From positions 6,386,001 to 6,450,000 of the forward strand of contig NC_086125.1 in NCBI RefSeq assembly GCF_963921235.1: 64,000 bases of DNA. The letters run 5' to 3'. Made by a program: the position numbers and the translations under genes. A model generated the notes under the pieces. It was not told the origin of the DNA. It saw only the letters and a program-made list of their open reading frames with translations, and made no database searches. The DNA is from Mobula hypostoma (taxonomy: Eukaryota). Of this stretch, positions 1 through 13,249 are shown one piece after another; position 1 is the first letter of the stretch; each line of letters begins with the position of its first letter.

Positions 1-89
1 AATAAACTGAAATCTTGGAATTAAGACTGCTTATCATTCCTGACTCCCTGAGAACCCTAAAGATCAGAAAATATACAAGAGATCCGACA
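1..89 (+). mobile_element. 3' end of an LTR (related to 7828-8238)
   Basis: AATAAA at 1-6 and terminus GATCCGACA at 81-89, same terminus and similar spacing as the solo LTR at 7828-8238; no primer-binding site follows. Confidence 0.55.
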
Positions 90-2244
90 GCACGGTCCAA
101 ATCATTTGATCCACAACTGGGTAGGGATATAATGCAGCCATAGGGCAGCGGAAACAAAATGGCTCTCCTCAGACTCAGCCACAGGTACAGGACGGTATCC
201 TACTGCATCAGTCCGTTACCTACTTCCTTTGACTGGCTGGGGATGTGCCCCCAGCAAAGGACAGTCACCCAGCCAGGATCACCTAACACTTCATACCACA
301 GGGAATCTGTACACCAATGGTCTTAAGGCTCCTGCCATTTACTCTACATATATTACCAGAATCATGCACCTTAACATATCAGATCATGGACTGTTTGACT
401 TTCTGCAGCCCGTGGTCTCCCTGCGGAACCAGCTACTGATCACAGGCCAGGGAGAAGGTCGGAATGGTGTATGGCACGCCCTTGTTCTGATGGAGTCCAA
501 CACACCTTAATGTCTCCTTACCACCCAGCATCTCAAGGTAGCTGGTAATCCACATGGTGAAGGAAATTTTGAATAAGCATTTTGGTACGGCCCAGTCTGG
601 GAAGGCAAGTGGGGGATGGAAAATCTAGAGGGGCAGCAGAAACTAAAGGGCTGAGAGAGCTGGTTTCTGGAGGGGGGTGGTCAGGGTGAGAGTACTCCAA
701 CTACTGAGCACGGAGGTCTAGCAAAGGGCAGCTTTTCTGTCTTGGACGTGATGAACAGGACGTACATTGTCATGTTGCTCAAGCGATACATTTATACAAC
801 ACTCAATAAAATGGTGATTGGAAACGTGTAGTACAGGATGATTTTGAGTTACGGTATTGGTACAATGGTGCAGCTGCTCCTGGGGGAATCACGTGCATTG
901 AAACATCAGGGACCCCAATCAGAGAACACACAGCCACCCTGACGAGGAATTCACCAGAACTGAAGCTGGAAATTTAACTGTCAAAAACACCTTTGCAGTT
1001 GAGAAGATCCATCTCAGAGATAAAGACAGCCCACAGGTGAACTGAATTTATAATTAATAATAGTGCATTTACACTTAGTCCCTTCACCCCAATCATTAAC
1101 CAGTTGGAGGCTCCAGCACTGACCTGTATATCACCCAACTAGTTACTAAATGCCAAACCAGCACTATCACATTTATCTCCAGTTGCCCCGTCAGTGGGAA
1201 ACCACCCAATGCCCGTATCAAAACCAAAATGCTAACAACATTTACTCTTATTTTCTAAGCTTCTACACAGCATTAGTAAATATCTTCTAGAAACCCAAAT
1301 ACACTGAATCTACTGTTTTTTTTCTTTGTTACTACAAACTTTTGCAAATTTGTCAAACATGGATTTCTCTTCCATCAAACCTTCATCTGCTTGATTATAT
1401 AATTTTGTAAATACCCTGCCACCGCACAATAGCTACGTTCCTAAGGGGCCTCAAGCTGTAGGAAGTTGGGTTTTAGCAGAACTAGCGCTGCAGCTGCCTT
1501 CAAAGCTCACAGTTGAACAGATCTTTCTGATAATGCTAGAGCCACTGCAGTTAACAACACGAGAAACAGTGTTTGCTAATCCATCAACAGACCGACTATC
1601 TGTACCTCGTCAATCACAGGCTTCAGCGTTTTGGACTAACTGAATATTATTTCCCAATCTCTATCTGGCTGCTTTCTTGAACAGTCGTCTTACAGCTTCA
1701 GTTTCCAAATCGTCTGGGACCTCTCCATAATGCAGGGAATTCTGGTTAATCACAACCAATGGACCCACTGTCTCGGCAGTCACTTCTTTTACCAACTGTA
1801 GGACGTGGGCCATCTTGTCTAGGAGACTTGGAAACTTTACACCTGTTAGTTTTAATTAATTGTTGTTTCTCTAATAACAGCAATTGCTTAAACTCTATCC
1901 TTCCCACCCCCTGCTTTTCTATCATCATTCGGGTTTTTTATGACTTTACTGAGAAGATGGTTACAAAATAATTAAATTTGAATCTCTGCACTTCTCCATT
2001 TCAGATTTTTAATTCCCCAGTCACACTTTCCAAGGCTCGTAGAGTCATAGAGCAACACAACAGGGATGCAGACCATTTGATCCATCCATGGTGCCCAATT
2101 TCCTGCATTTGGCCCACATCCTCTACGTATCTACCCAAGTCTTAAATTCTATTAGCCATTTAAAGTTTATTCTTAATTTACACTACTGGACCTGCCTTAA
2201 GCATTTACTTTAGCTATTGTCTGTAGAACTTAACTCATCGAGTT

Positions 2245-3560
2245 ATAGAACACTACAGGACAGAACAGGCCCTTCAGCCCATCTAGTCCATGTTGAACTA
2301 TTCATCTCACACCCCTCCCATCCATGTCCCTATCTAAACTTCTCTTAAATGTTGAAATCGATCCTGCACCCACTATTTCCACTGGCAGGTCGTTCCACAG
2401 TCGCACCACCCTCTGAGTGAAAAAGTTCCCCTTAAGCATTTCACCTTTCACCCTTAACCCATGAACTCTAGTTGTAGTCTCACCCAATCTCAATGGAAAA
2501 AGCCTGCTTGCATTTACCTCATCTATACCCCTCATAATTTTGAATACCTCTATAGAATCTTCTACGTTTTAGGGAATAAAGTCCCAATCTATTTAACCTT
2601 TCCCTCTAACTCAGGCCCTCGAGTCCTGCTAACATCTTTGTAAATTTTCCCTGTACTCGTTCAATCTTACTTATATCTTTCCTGTAGGTAGGTGACCAAA
2701 ACTGTACACAATACTTCAAATTAGGCTTCACCAACGTCTTATACAACTTCAACATAATATTCCATCTCCTGTCCTCAATACTTTGATCTATGAAGGCCAA
2801 TGTGCCAAAAGCTTTCTTTGTAACCCTATCTACCGGTGACACATTATGGATCAGTATTCCCAGATCCCTTTGTTCTATCACTCACTGTGCGAGTTCTGCC
2901 CCAGACGGTCGTACCGAAGTACAACTGCTTGCACTTGTTTGCATTAAATTCATACCCATTTTTCTAGCTGGTCCAGATCCTGCTAAAAGCTTTGTTAGTC
3001 TTCCTAACTGTCCACTATACCCCCAATCACCCATAAACTTGCTGATCTAGTTAACCAGATTATCATCCAGATTGTTGATACAGATGACAAACAACAACAG
3101 ATCCAGCACTGATCTCTGTGGTACACCACTAGCCACAGGCTTCCCATCGGAGGGGCAACCTTCTACTACCCACAGTCTGGCTTCTCATGCAAAACCAATG
3201 TCTAATCCAATCTACCATCTCATCTTAAATGCCAAGCGACTGAAATCCATGTAGACAACATCCAATGCCTTGCCTTCATCAACTTTCCTGGTATCTTCCT
3301 CAAAAATACTCTACAGGATTGGTTAGACACAACCTACCATGCACAAATCCACGTCAGTCCCATCTATCCAAATACTAATATATCTGGTCCTTCAGAAAAT
3401 CTTCCAATAACTTTCCCACAACTGATGTCAGGCGCACTGGCCTATAATTTCCTGGCTTACTCTCAGAGCCTTTCTTAAACGACAGACCAACATTAGCTAT
3501 CCGCATGTGACTAAGGATGCTTTAAATATCTCTGCCTGTGCCCTTGCAATTTCTGCGCTA
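2245..3560 (-). mobile_element. CR1 LINE fragment (RT C-terminus and 3' tail), degenerate
   Basis: ORFs with LYKTLVKPNLKYCVQFWSP and FFTQRVVRLWNDLP motifs; frameshifted. Confidence 0.9.
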
Positions 3561-4300
3561 GTCTCCTGTAAGGTGCGAAGGAGCTGTTTTTAGATTGTTT
3601 GGTACGTTACATTCATACTTTATTTTTGCTTTCTTTGTATTTTTATAGTCATCCCTTGCCGGTTTCTAAATATTTCCCAGCCGTCTCTCTAACTTTCAGT
3701 AATCTTCACAAACCAAATATCTTTTCTTTTAGTTTAATACAAACATTAATTCCTTAGCCAACCTTCAAATACAACCTTTCTTCTGCATTGATGTATACCT
3801 CCACTGGGGTCTAGGGCACGTCTTACTGTAAGTTCACTGCTAACACCCTGCCCAGCCACCACTGCTGATCACCACCTTGCTTAGGTAGGTGTAGCTTCTT
3901 AATGCATCCTCCGTCAGTTTTTAACCGACTGGGGTTTCAACTACAGCACCCTTTGCTGAGACTCCATCACTTTTAAGGAGCAGCCTAGAGGGAAGAGAGG
4001 ACAGGTTTTAGCGAGGACCTTGGCAAGTGGAAACACAGTCGCCAATGGACAACAAAAGCAATCAGTACTAGCAAGTGGTTGTCGTAATGTGCAGCTCAAG
4101 AGCCTGATTGTCTCCCTCTCTCTCTCTCGAAAAGGACACTTACTGATCCCAGTATCACTTCACAAAACCAACAACAATTCCAACTTCCAATTGCCTAATA
4201 AGCACCCCTGGCCTCTCTTCAGTAACCTCCTACCTTGCAGACATTAATCGTCAAGAACAAGCACCCCGGTTCGACTTCAAACCCTTCTGTAAGATCCTAC

Positions 4301-4471
4301 CTTGTAGACATTTATTGCCGGGAATAGGTTCTGGAACATGGTGGCCATGAGTTTGATGTGCATGCCATCCTTTCCAAAGTTGTTCAGCACCAGCAGAGGG
4401 TGGTGGGTAAACTGGCTCTCATGCATCCGGTGCCTCTTCAGTGACGACACAATATCCTTCACCAAAGAGTA
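4301..4471 (-). CDS. PPAN: PPAN coding exon 5 (YSLVKDIVSSLKRHRMHESQFTHHPLLVLNNFGKDGMHIKLMATMFQNLFPAINVYK)
   Basis: TTCCAG acceptor, GTAGGA donor, 171 nt; near-identical to recalled PPAN segment (PLLVLN.FG..GMH.KLMATMFQNLFP.IN). Later exons were not found in 1-4300 and presumably lie left of the window. Confidence 0.96.
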
Positions 4472-6442
4472 CTGGAAAACACAAGGACACGAGAAATCTG
4501 GGAAAACCACTCACTTTGGTAAATTTGTCTGTTATCACAGGTACAGTGAAAACCTTTGATTTGCATGCCATCGATACAGATCATTTCATTACAACAGTGC
4601 ACTGAAGCTGCACAAAGGAAAACAATAAAAGAATGCAGAGTAAAGAGTTACAGTTACAAAACGCAGTGCAAGGCCATTATAAGGTCCTCCAACCTTGTCA
4701 TGGCTTGGAGGCTTGTGTGCCTCAGTGACCCAGAGTTATGTTGGCTGCAGTCAAGGCAAATGCTTTGTACTCTTGGTAGGGTCACCCATGCCAGACAGGT
4801 CAAAGGGTAGAGGCCAGACCAAGAGTGGTCCACCGGTCCTCCAGGTCCGGGGGTTCAGCTCAGGGCTGATAGCCCTGACTGGTAAAGTACAAGTTGTTAT
4901 GGAAACTGCAAAGAAGAATCCTTCTACATCTGAGTGCGATGGTATTCCTGAGTCACCACCACACGTGACTGACTGTAGTGAAAACCGAGAGGAAGCTACC
5001 GACATGCTGAAGGAATCAGACCACCATCAGAGATGCAAGGATGCAAGGCCTTCATTACTGCCCTGAACTCCAGTGGCATAACAAGCAGCAACACCATTAC
5101 AAGCTAGTTTGTGAGGTTGAGTCTACGTTATCGTGAAATCAGTGACATGGGGCGACCTTATGAATTTTTGGCTTACCCCATCCCAGTTGGCCCTGTATGT
5201 TCGGTTGTGAAGTGTACTGAAAGTTGAAGTCAGTAGGTTATTGATACTGAGGGGATCAGAGGATATGAAGATTAGGCAGGAGAGTAAAAGATTATTGTGC
5301 AGCCATTGGGCGTATGGCAGTGCCAGCTCACACAAACTCCTTCTCAAGTTCCACGGGGCTGGGGGTTGCTCTTCCAAACAGCGAGAAGGAGTGAAGAATC
5401 AACTCCAGGAGCTTGCGGAAAGGCAAGCACTGGACAAGTTGGGTTTAATACTTGAACAGGTACTGCATAATTGGCTCAAGTAATAAAGATTAGATTAATT
5501 TTATCACACTTGTATTAAAGCATACAGTGAAATGTGTCGTCTGCGCCATTGTTTTGCAACGTGCTGGAGGCAGCCGCAAGCATCAGCACGCTTCTGCCGC
5601 CGAACTAGCAGGGCCACAGCTCAGTAACGTTAAACCATGGAGTGACCTTTCCTAAGGTTTCAGAATTGGGAGTTGGTGTGAGGTTAGGGGGAGTAGGGTA
5701 GGGTAGGAGGGAGGCAGGTGCAGTACAGAGAGATGAAACAGAGGGGGAGCATGAAGTTGACCCAGTGAGGAAAGCAAGAGCCTAGAGCGGGACGGGTGTG
5801 GTCAGCGGACTGGAGGCAGGGAAGAATAAAGGGTATAACAGAGGAAAGGAGTGGGTACAGTGTGGGGCAGGCAGCCGGACTGGATAAAATGGGCCCTGGG
5901 ACTGGTTTGCAGCTTGGGACGGGGGTGCCTGACCGTGTGGGAGATTCCTAATGCCCCTTCAATATTCATCTGGGCCAGCGGCAGAGGACGTTAGGGCTCA
6001 CTGGAACATGGGCAGAAATCAGAGGTGGTTACCTGGCAACGAGGCAGCAATCCTGGCAGCCCACAAACAGGGCTAAACACAGGCCAGACACAATAGTAGG
6101 GCTGGGTAATAAGACACAAAAAGAACATAACATGTTCATGTTCATTATCATTCAATTGTGTACATGTATACTGCCAAATGAGACAACATTCCTCCGAACT
6201 TTGGCCTACGTCAATGACCGAGATGCACTGAGTTCTGATTTGTCTCTCAGGGTAATTCTATTTTGTAGTCATAGGGCTGTAATGCAAAGCAGCACAAACC
6301 CAGCATCCTTCAGCCCAATGATCACAATGCACCCGCCGGTCCCTATTTACCACATCTGTAGAAATCCAAGAGAGCAACATAAAGTGACCACCTGAAAGAA
6401 ACTCTGAGCATGCAGAGTCCAACAAAACTGAGGCACACTCAC

Positions 6443-6493
6443 CTGGCAAACTCTGAACGTCAGCGTGGGACCTCTTGGTAAGCGAGCCAGTTT
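6443..6493 (-). CDS. PPAN: PPAN coding exon 4 (KLARLPRGPTLTFRVCQ)
   Basis: CCCAG acceptor, GTGAGT donor, 51 nt; RLP.GPTLTF Brix motif. Confidence 0.95.
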
Positions 6494-6727
6494 CTGGGAG
6501 TCGGGGGTGGAGAAGAAAGAAAATACCACTGAGTGATCTGAAAACAACACTGCCCGTTTATCAGTAAAGCCCACAGCCAATCCTCGCAACAAACTGTGCC
6601 CGAGAGGGGCGCAAGGCAACTTCTTCTCGAGGCTCCTGCTGATCTGTTTTTGTGAATGGATGCCCAGTTGGGGTGAACTCACTACATTCTGCTGTTTGAC
6701 AGGCTGGGGAGAAGGCAGTTGGAACTA

Positions 6728-7167
6728 CAGTACTGCACAAAAGTCTTAGCCACATGTATATCGCAAGAATGCCCAAGACTTTTGCACAGTGCTGTACTTG
6801 TTAATGTCAAGTTTGTAAATCCGGAGGGAGCAAAGGATGCAACCACACTCAGCCCTGAGACACCAGGCAAGGTCATTTGATTCCAAACGATTGGTTTATT
6901 GATCATTACAGATGTCTCTCTGGTGCTTCCTGCCGCCTCCCCTCTCCCTTTCTCTTTTGCCAACCGTGATTCCCCTCTCCTTGCCCCCTTCTCACTCTCA
7001 GTCCACAATAGAGACCCCCATCAGAACCAGGTTTATCATCACTCACGCATGTCATGATTTTTTGGTCTGGCAGCAGTACATGCAGTATGTAAAACTACTA
7101 CAGCACTGTGCAAAACACCTGGGCACCCTAGCCTTACACATGTGTCCAAGACTTCTGCACAGTACTG
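6728..7167. mobile_element. Tc1-type non-autonomous DNA element (MITE) with doubled ends
   Basis: TA TSD; termini CAGTACTGCACAAAAG...CTTCTGCACAGTACTG; each end is itself a TIR-spacer-TIR unit (6728-6794, 7101-7167); second copy at 14061-14517. Confidence 0.8.
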
Positions 7168-7317
7168 TATTCTGGGGCACTGAGCAGGAACAGAGGTTCT
7201 CCACAACCTCTCCGTTGGACTGGTCTCAGGTCACTCTCCTGCTGATAGGAGGGACAAGCATGACGTTTTGCAGAAGGGATCAGCGTGGGGAAAACAATTT
7301 GAGCTTCACCTACTCAC

Positions 7318-7419
7318 AAGGTTTACGCTTGCTGGCGATTTTGTAAAAATTAAGAAGTGCGTCACCCCAAGCGGTCCGGCCACCGAGACAAAATCTTTCA
7401 GCAAATTCTTCTTCCGTAC
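7318..7419 (-). CDS. PPAN: PPAN coding exon 3 (VRKKNLLKDFVSVAGPLGVTHFLIFTKSPASVNL)
   Basis: TTCAG acceptor, GTGAGT donor, 102 nt; matches recalled human VRKKNSLKDCVAVAGPLGVTHFLIL. Confidence 0.96.
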
Positions 7420-7827
7420 CTGAAAAACAATTTTAGGAAGGAAATGAATCTAAGTTGTTTTGTAACAGTATTGCTACTGGAAGAACACGGGCATTATTTT
7501 TTTTTTCCTTACAGTAAAATACCATTCCAACTTTTATATGCTGAGTAGTTTCCTGTGTGACCCACATCAACTTTTAATGAACTGTGATCACCTGTAGCTC
7601 ACTATGTAGGACATCGCTTTAACCTTCTTGGCAGACACTCGCCAAATCCGGCAGAAGGAGCACCCACCCCCCCCACCGGCTCCTGAACATAGCAGATAAA
7701 ATTTCAACCACTCACCGTCAGACCTCATCAATGCTGTTGCTCAGTAAGAAGAGCAGAGGGGTTATGGTACTAATTCGAGTAGGATACTAAACATCCATGA
7801 TCTAATGGTGTAAAGTTTGAATGGTGT

Positions 7828-8238
7828 TGTTGGAAACTGCTGTTCTTTATGCTTCTAATAAGATATTAATTGAATTAATGAGTTTTTAGCAAGACTGAAT
7901 TTGTAGTTTCACTCATATACGACTTGTATTTTTTTTACAATATGTAATGTTAGTCGGTTTATCATCTTTCTTTGTTCATTGGCTAAGTGTTAAACATCCC
8001 ATACCTGTACGTCTTCCAATAGGCCCCTCCCTTATCTTAGGAATTTACCCTCATCTTGGTATAAAAGTGTCTATATCTGCAAAAATCGCCATCTTAGTTC
8101 TCTGAGTTCCTGCTCATCTGTGCTCTGTGCCTGTTTCCTTGTTTTAAACTTTCAATAAACAATTATGCAGCAGCAATTTCCCAACTCATTCTTGTACTCC
8201 TAAAAGAACCTGTGCATCGAAAATCACAGGATCCGACA
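7828..8238 (+). mobile_element. Solo LTR in PPAN intron 2
   Basis: TGTTGG...CCGACA termini, 4-bp TSD GTGT (7824-7827, 8239-8242), TATAAAA at 8060, AATAAA at 8154. Confidence 0.85.
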
Positions 8239-9062
8239 GTGTTCTGCTGTGCCTATAATATCCTGGTAACAGTACTGGGCAGACCTCCATCGCTGGCATT
8301 GCCTAACCTGCTTCGTCATTGTCTGGTCACTGGCCAAATTGGATGACCATCTCACTTAACACAGGTTGTTGTTAGCCGATCAAGCTGTTTACTTCCCACT
8401 CTAGACTACAAACAGTGAGGTCTTAGCACCAATGCCAGTGGCACTCTCCAGCTAATGACCCATCTAATCTTATTACTTGCTTTCAGTGAGTTAACCAATC
8501 CCCTCAATCTGGTAGGTACGTCGCATCCGAAGTTTCTCCAGTTAGCGGACGATTTCCCTCCACGCCTCTCTGACGTAGTGGGGAACCGCGCACGAGGCAA
8601 GTTACAGCAGTGGTTTGTCATTGCCTTCTGCCGGGTGAGTTTCCAAAGAGATCACTAGCTTGTTACCCAGCACGGATGGAAAGCGTGCAGGGGAACCAGC
8701 TGGATTCAAGCTCGGGACCTTTCGTCCTAAAGTCCGGCACTAGTCGGGTCCCTCTCAATCTACATGGACCAGTTACACTCCAACCATAAACCCTTACTGT
8801 GTGCAGAAACTTTCTACGTGGGATCAAATATCTTTTGGAATTCCAACCACATTACATCCATTATCCACTCTACCTGGGACACCCTCAAGGAATGTTAAAA
8901 AATTCATCAAAAATGATTGCCTCTTCACAAAACCACGTTGCCCGCTTGCCTTGGGATTTTCCACTTACACAATAATGGATTCCAGTGTCTTTCCAGTGAC
9001 AGATATTCAAAATTCAAAGATTGAAAATACATTTATTATCAAAGAATATATAAATTACACAA

Positions 9063-9277
9063 AATACTCTGCAGATGCTGGGGTCAAAGCAACACTCACA
9101 ACACGGTGTAGGAACTCAGCAGGTCGGGCAGCATCTGTGGAAATGATCAGTCAACGTTTCGGGCTGGAACCCTTTGTCAGGAGTCCTTACGAAGGGTTCC
9201 AGCCCGAAACGTTGACTGATTATTTCCACGGATGCTGCCTGACCTGTTGAATTCTTCCAGCGTGTTGTGAATGTTGC
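9063..9277. mobile_element. Fold-back Penelope-like mini-insertion
   Basis: Inverted arms centred near 9182, each with a one-mismatch hammerhead motif; 14-bp TSD TATAAATTACACAA (9049-9062, 9278-9291). Confidence 0.85.
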
Positions 9278-9844
9278 TATAAATTACACAACTCTGGGAT
9301 TCGTCTGCTTACAGGTAAGCATAAGAAACCTGAAAGAACCCAATTAAATAAAATACAAGCCAACACCCAATGCGCAGAGAAAGAGAGAGAAAAAACACAA
9401 ATCACACAAAACAACAGAAGCGAGCTACAGCATTCCGAACCAATTCAAGTCCTCAGGTCCGAATCCCTGGAGCCGCCTGGAGTCGGCCCCAAGCCTCGGT
9501 CTTAGTTCATCATATTAGCGGGGCAAATCACAGCAGCCGGGGCTGTCTCACAGCCTCAGCGACGTGGGGAGAGGAGGATATGAAGCTAATTGTTGTACAG
9601 CTCTCTCCTCTCTGGAACAGTGACTCCAACTCATTGTCCAGAATCTTTGGGAAATTCACAATCAGTGCATTTGCTGTCTGTCGGCCACTTGCTTTCAAGC
9701 TGAGGGTTTCAACCGCCATCTCCAGGGGACTTGATCTCCCTTCTGTCCTATATCTCCACTGCCCATCCACGTGCAAGGATAGCAGCATATCTTCCAGCTC
9801 CTCTTCCTTCGTTACTGTTTATGAAAATCTCTTCGAAAAGCAGA

Positions 9845-10105
9845 AGCGTAGTGGTAAGCACAATGCTTTACAGTACAGGAGAACGGGGTTCAATTCCCAC
9901 CACTGACTGTAAGGAGTTCATACGTTTTCCCTGTGACGGCATGGGTTTCCCCCCCAAAGTCCATAGACGTACCAGTGGGTAGGTTGATTTGTCATTATAA
10001 ATTGTTCCGTGATTCGGCTCGGGTTAAATTGGGGGGTTTCTGGGCAGCGCAGCTCGAAGGGGCGGGAATGGCCTGTTCCACACTGTATCTGAATAAATAA
10101 ATAAA
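9845..10105 (+). mobile_element. tRNA-derived SINE (V-SINE-like)
   Basis: A/B-box-like GTAGTGG...GGTTCAATTCC, (AATA)n tail; related copies near 14590-14830, 21740-21975, 38825-39025, 40030-40350, 58310-58530. Confidence 0.7.
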
Positions 10106-10444
10106 TTTGCTAATCCTGAGTCAGAATGGGACAATTTCAAAATAAGAAAATGCTGACGTTGGAAATCTGAAATAAAATTCAGAGTGCAGAAATGGACAGC
10201 CAGCGAATGAAATACAATTCACTGTTCGGGTCAATGAGGAAACCCCTCAAAGGCCTAAGCAGTCTCTCCTGTTTCCTGGACACCCACATGGAAAAGGAAC
10301 ATGATCAGGCAGGAAAGTGAAGAAGATTGCAGAACATTTTTCTTCATGCCTCCCTAGTCTCCCATTTCTTATTGTCTTACCCATTCAAATGCTTGTAGCT
10401 AGTTGCTTCTCAAGGAAGTCTCCACATAACAGGATGAGACTCAC

Positions 10445-10615
10445 CGTCAGCGAGCGGGCAGTGTAAGGCTCCATCATCCGCCTCATATCCCTGATCAACT
10501 GCAGCACATTATGTCCAACCTGACCTCGGTTGAACACGAAGGAATGAGGGACGTTGGCATACTCCTCCTGTGCAAGGTGAATTGCATTTGCCCGAGCTTT
10601 CTTCTGGTTTTTAGT
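10445..10615 (-). CDS. PPAN: PPAN coding exon 2 (TKNQKKARANAIHLAQEEYANVPHSFVFNRGQVGHNVLQLIRDMRRMMEPYTARSLT)
   Basis: CAG acceptor, GTGAGT donor, 171 nt open; PHSFVF.RG and D.RR.MEP.TA motifs of SSF1/PPAN (start of Brix domain). Not in the supplied ORF track. Confidence 0.96.
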
Positions 10616-10864
10616 CTGCAGAAGGATATAAAGTAAAATTTACAGAGTCATTAAAACATCCAACAATTGCTGGTGTTTACCAGCAACAAATTATCACCAC
10701 AGAGCTTGACTAAACATATCCATCACTAAATCATCAGCAGTGCAACAGTCTTATATTCCATAATTACTTATGTAATTAATCGTGAAGAGCTTTAGAGTTA
10801 TGAAAACCTCAAAAAGAAACGCAATTCACGTGAGCAGAGAATTTCAGAGATTCACCACCCTCTT

Positions 10865-11325
10865 TATTGTGAGCAGTTTTGGGCTCTTTACCTAAGAAAG
10901 GATCTACTGGCATTGGAGAGGGTCCAGAGGATTTCATGAGTATGATCTTGGGAAAGATAAAAAGTTAACATATGAGGAACATTTGATGGCCCTGAGCCTG
11001 TACTCACTGGAGTTTAGAAGATTGGGGGGGGGGGGGGAATCTCATTGAAGTCTATCAAATATTGAAAGGCCTAGACAGAGTAGATGTGGAGAGGATGTTT
11101 CCTATAGTGGGGGAGTCTAGGAGTCCAGAGGGCATGGCCTCAGAATGCAAGGACTTCCCTTTAGGACAGAGATGAGTAGGAAATTCTTTATCCAGAGTGT
11201 GGTAAACCTGTGAAATTCAAATTGTGGAAGCCAAGTCATTGGGTATATTTAAAATGGAGGCTGATAGGTTATAGGTAATGAAAAGAAGGCAGGAGAATGG
11301 GGTTGAGAGGGATAATAAATCAGCA
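10865..11325 (+). mobile_element. CR1 LINE 3' fragment
   Basis: Degenerate QFW..YLRKD.LALERVQR and LYSLEFRR sequence, similar to 15147-15847. Confidence 0.85.
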
Positions 11326-13249
11326 GACCCAGTGACCTCACTGTGCTCTTACATGTTATTATCTCTGCAAGATAAAGAAATTTTGCATACCACAGTAACC
11401 TCCCTGTTAAAATTGTATCACTTAATTCAACAATCTCCCATTAGTGGAAACATCTTGACATTAAACTGTTGTGCCCCCTTAGGAACTTAAATGCTTGAAA
11501 AAAAATATCATCTCACATTCTTCTAATTCCAAAGAACACAGACCTAGCTAGATTAGCTTCACTTGATAGCCAGTCCTTTCATCACAAAAATTAATCTGCT
11601 GAATCTTCCTTGGCCTATCTGAACTCCAAAACCTCAAAGATGTAAACTCTCAGCTGAGACCTTCTTCCCTTTAGCGCTTATGTTTAAGAGTCAATGAAAA
11701 GTTTTTTTGGCTTCGGTTTTGATTTCTCCCATGTAAAATTCCCAAATGCACAGGCCTATGTTACATGCTCAGATCTACAGCTGACTATATCATATTCCTT
11801 ACTGAAGTCCAGCGTTTCTGATGTAACAGAACCTGGAGATTTAGATCTTTTTCCCTTCCCATGCCTTTCAGATGAAGTCGAGCTATGGCCTCCTACGATC
11901 ACTCACATCACCATGATCAGACTCAGCAGAGGCCAGTTCCCTATCACCCTTCTCTCATCAGACAGGCCTTCTCTCTAATCTAACCACACGCTCTAAAAGC
12001 TCTGCTTTCTCTACCAATGACAGGATTTTATCTGGGGCTGCATTTTACTCAAGAATGCAGTAAATCTCAGTCTGCGAGAGAAGGGGCAAGTAGTTCACCG
12101 TCCCTGTCACCATGTTGGAAGAGCACGGGATCAGGATTCACTGGGATCAAGCATTAGCCATTGCTCATTCGGCTGCAGCCTGACCCTTCTAAGTCAGGTG
12201 GACAAGAACCAGAGACCGAGGACAAAATTCAGCCCCGCTCTCCACAGGTGTACTGACAAGAGTGCTACATATCAGAGATGATGTGTTTTGAATGTGACAT
12301 TAAAAGGAGGTCACACCTGCTCTCTTGTGTGAGAAGTCCTAGATAACGAGGAAGCTCTTAGCTATTTTAGAACACAAGAGACTGCAGATCAGGTGCAAAA
12401 AGAAAATCAATTGCAGAGTTTCAGATGATGCTCAAAAAATGAGTTCCTCCAGCAGCTTGTCCTTTGCTCTTCTATGGCTAGGTATGCTGGACTTTTCATC
12501 TGAAAGGGTCCATACAGAGAAGGGTCACAGTTTCTCAGAATAAAGGGCAGAACACATCGAACCAAGAAGAAATTCCTTCATTCAGAAGGCGACAAACTAG
12601 CGGAATTCTCACCTCCAGGAGGTGATGAAGGACAAACCACTGAAAATACTTAACCAGCATGTACACAAAAATAAGGCATGAACACTGCGGGGAGAGCAAA
12701 AACATGGTAGCAATAAAGAGAGGTTGGAGAAACTTGGATCGATTTTATTTTCTGGGGCACTGGAGACCGAGGGAAGACCTGAAACTTTTACAAAATTACG
12801 AGTGAAAAGGAAAAGAAGTATTTTTTTCCAGCAACACGCACAAAATGCCGGAGGAACTCAGCAGGCCAGGGGGCATCTATGGGAAAGAGTAAACAGAAGA
12901 CTTTTCGAGCCAAGACCCTTCATCAAGACTGGAAAAAAAGATGAGAAGTTAGAGCAAACACATCATCAAACGAGAGGACACAGTTTTATAGTGAGAGGAG
13001 GGCAAGTATTTATAGAAAGGGTGCTGGGTCCTCCAGCCCGAAACGTCGACAGTTTATTCCCATCAATAAATGCAGCCTGTCATGCTGAGCTCCTCCAACA
13101 CATTGTGTGCACTGCTCTAGATTTCCAGTATCTGCAGTACCTCTTGTGTCTACAGAATACTGGGTGCTGCTGGTAGTGGAAGCAGATACGATGGTGGCAT
13201 TTAAAAGGAAATTAAGACAGGCATGAACGGAGCGATGTAGACAGCTAGT

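Noticed and set aside
6245-6275. 11-nt complementarity to 18S rRNA near a CTGA (minus strand)
   Set aside because: Not adjacent to the D box, no box C; a match this short is expected by chance.
6545-6720. Possible intronic C/D snoRNA (human PPAN hosts SNORD105/105B); minus-strand CTGA about 67 nt upstream of the exon 4 acceptor with ACTGCC/GGCAGT ends
   Set aside because: No box C (RTGATGA) and no recognisable rRNA antisense element; no SNORD105-like guide seen in any PPAN intron here. An Infernal search would be decisive.
7710-7721. 12-mer identical to the PPAN exon 2 donor junction (ACTCACCGTCAG)
   Set aside because: No further similarity to exon 2; not an exon duplicate.
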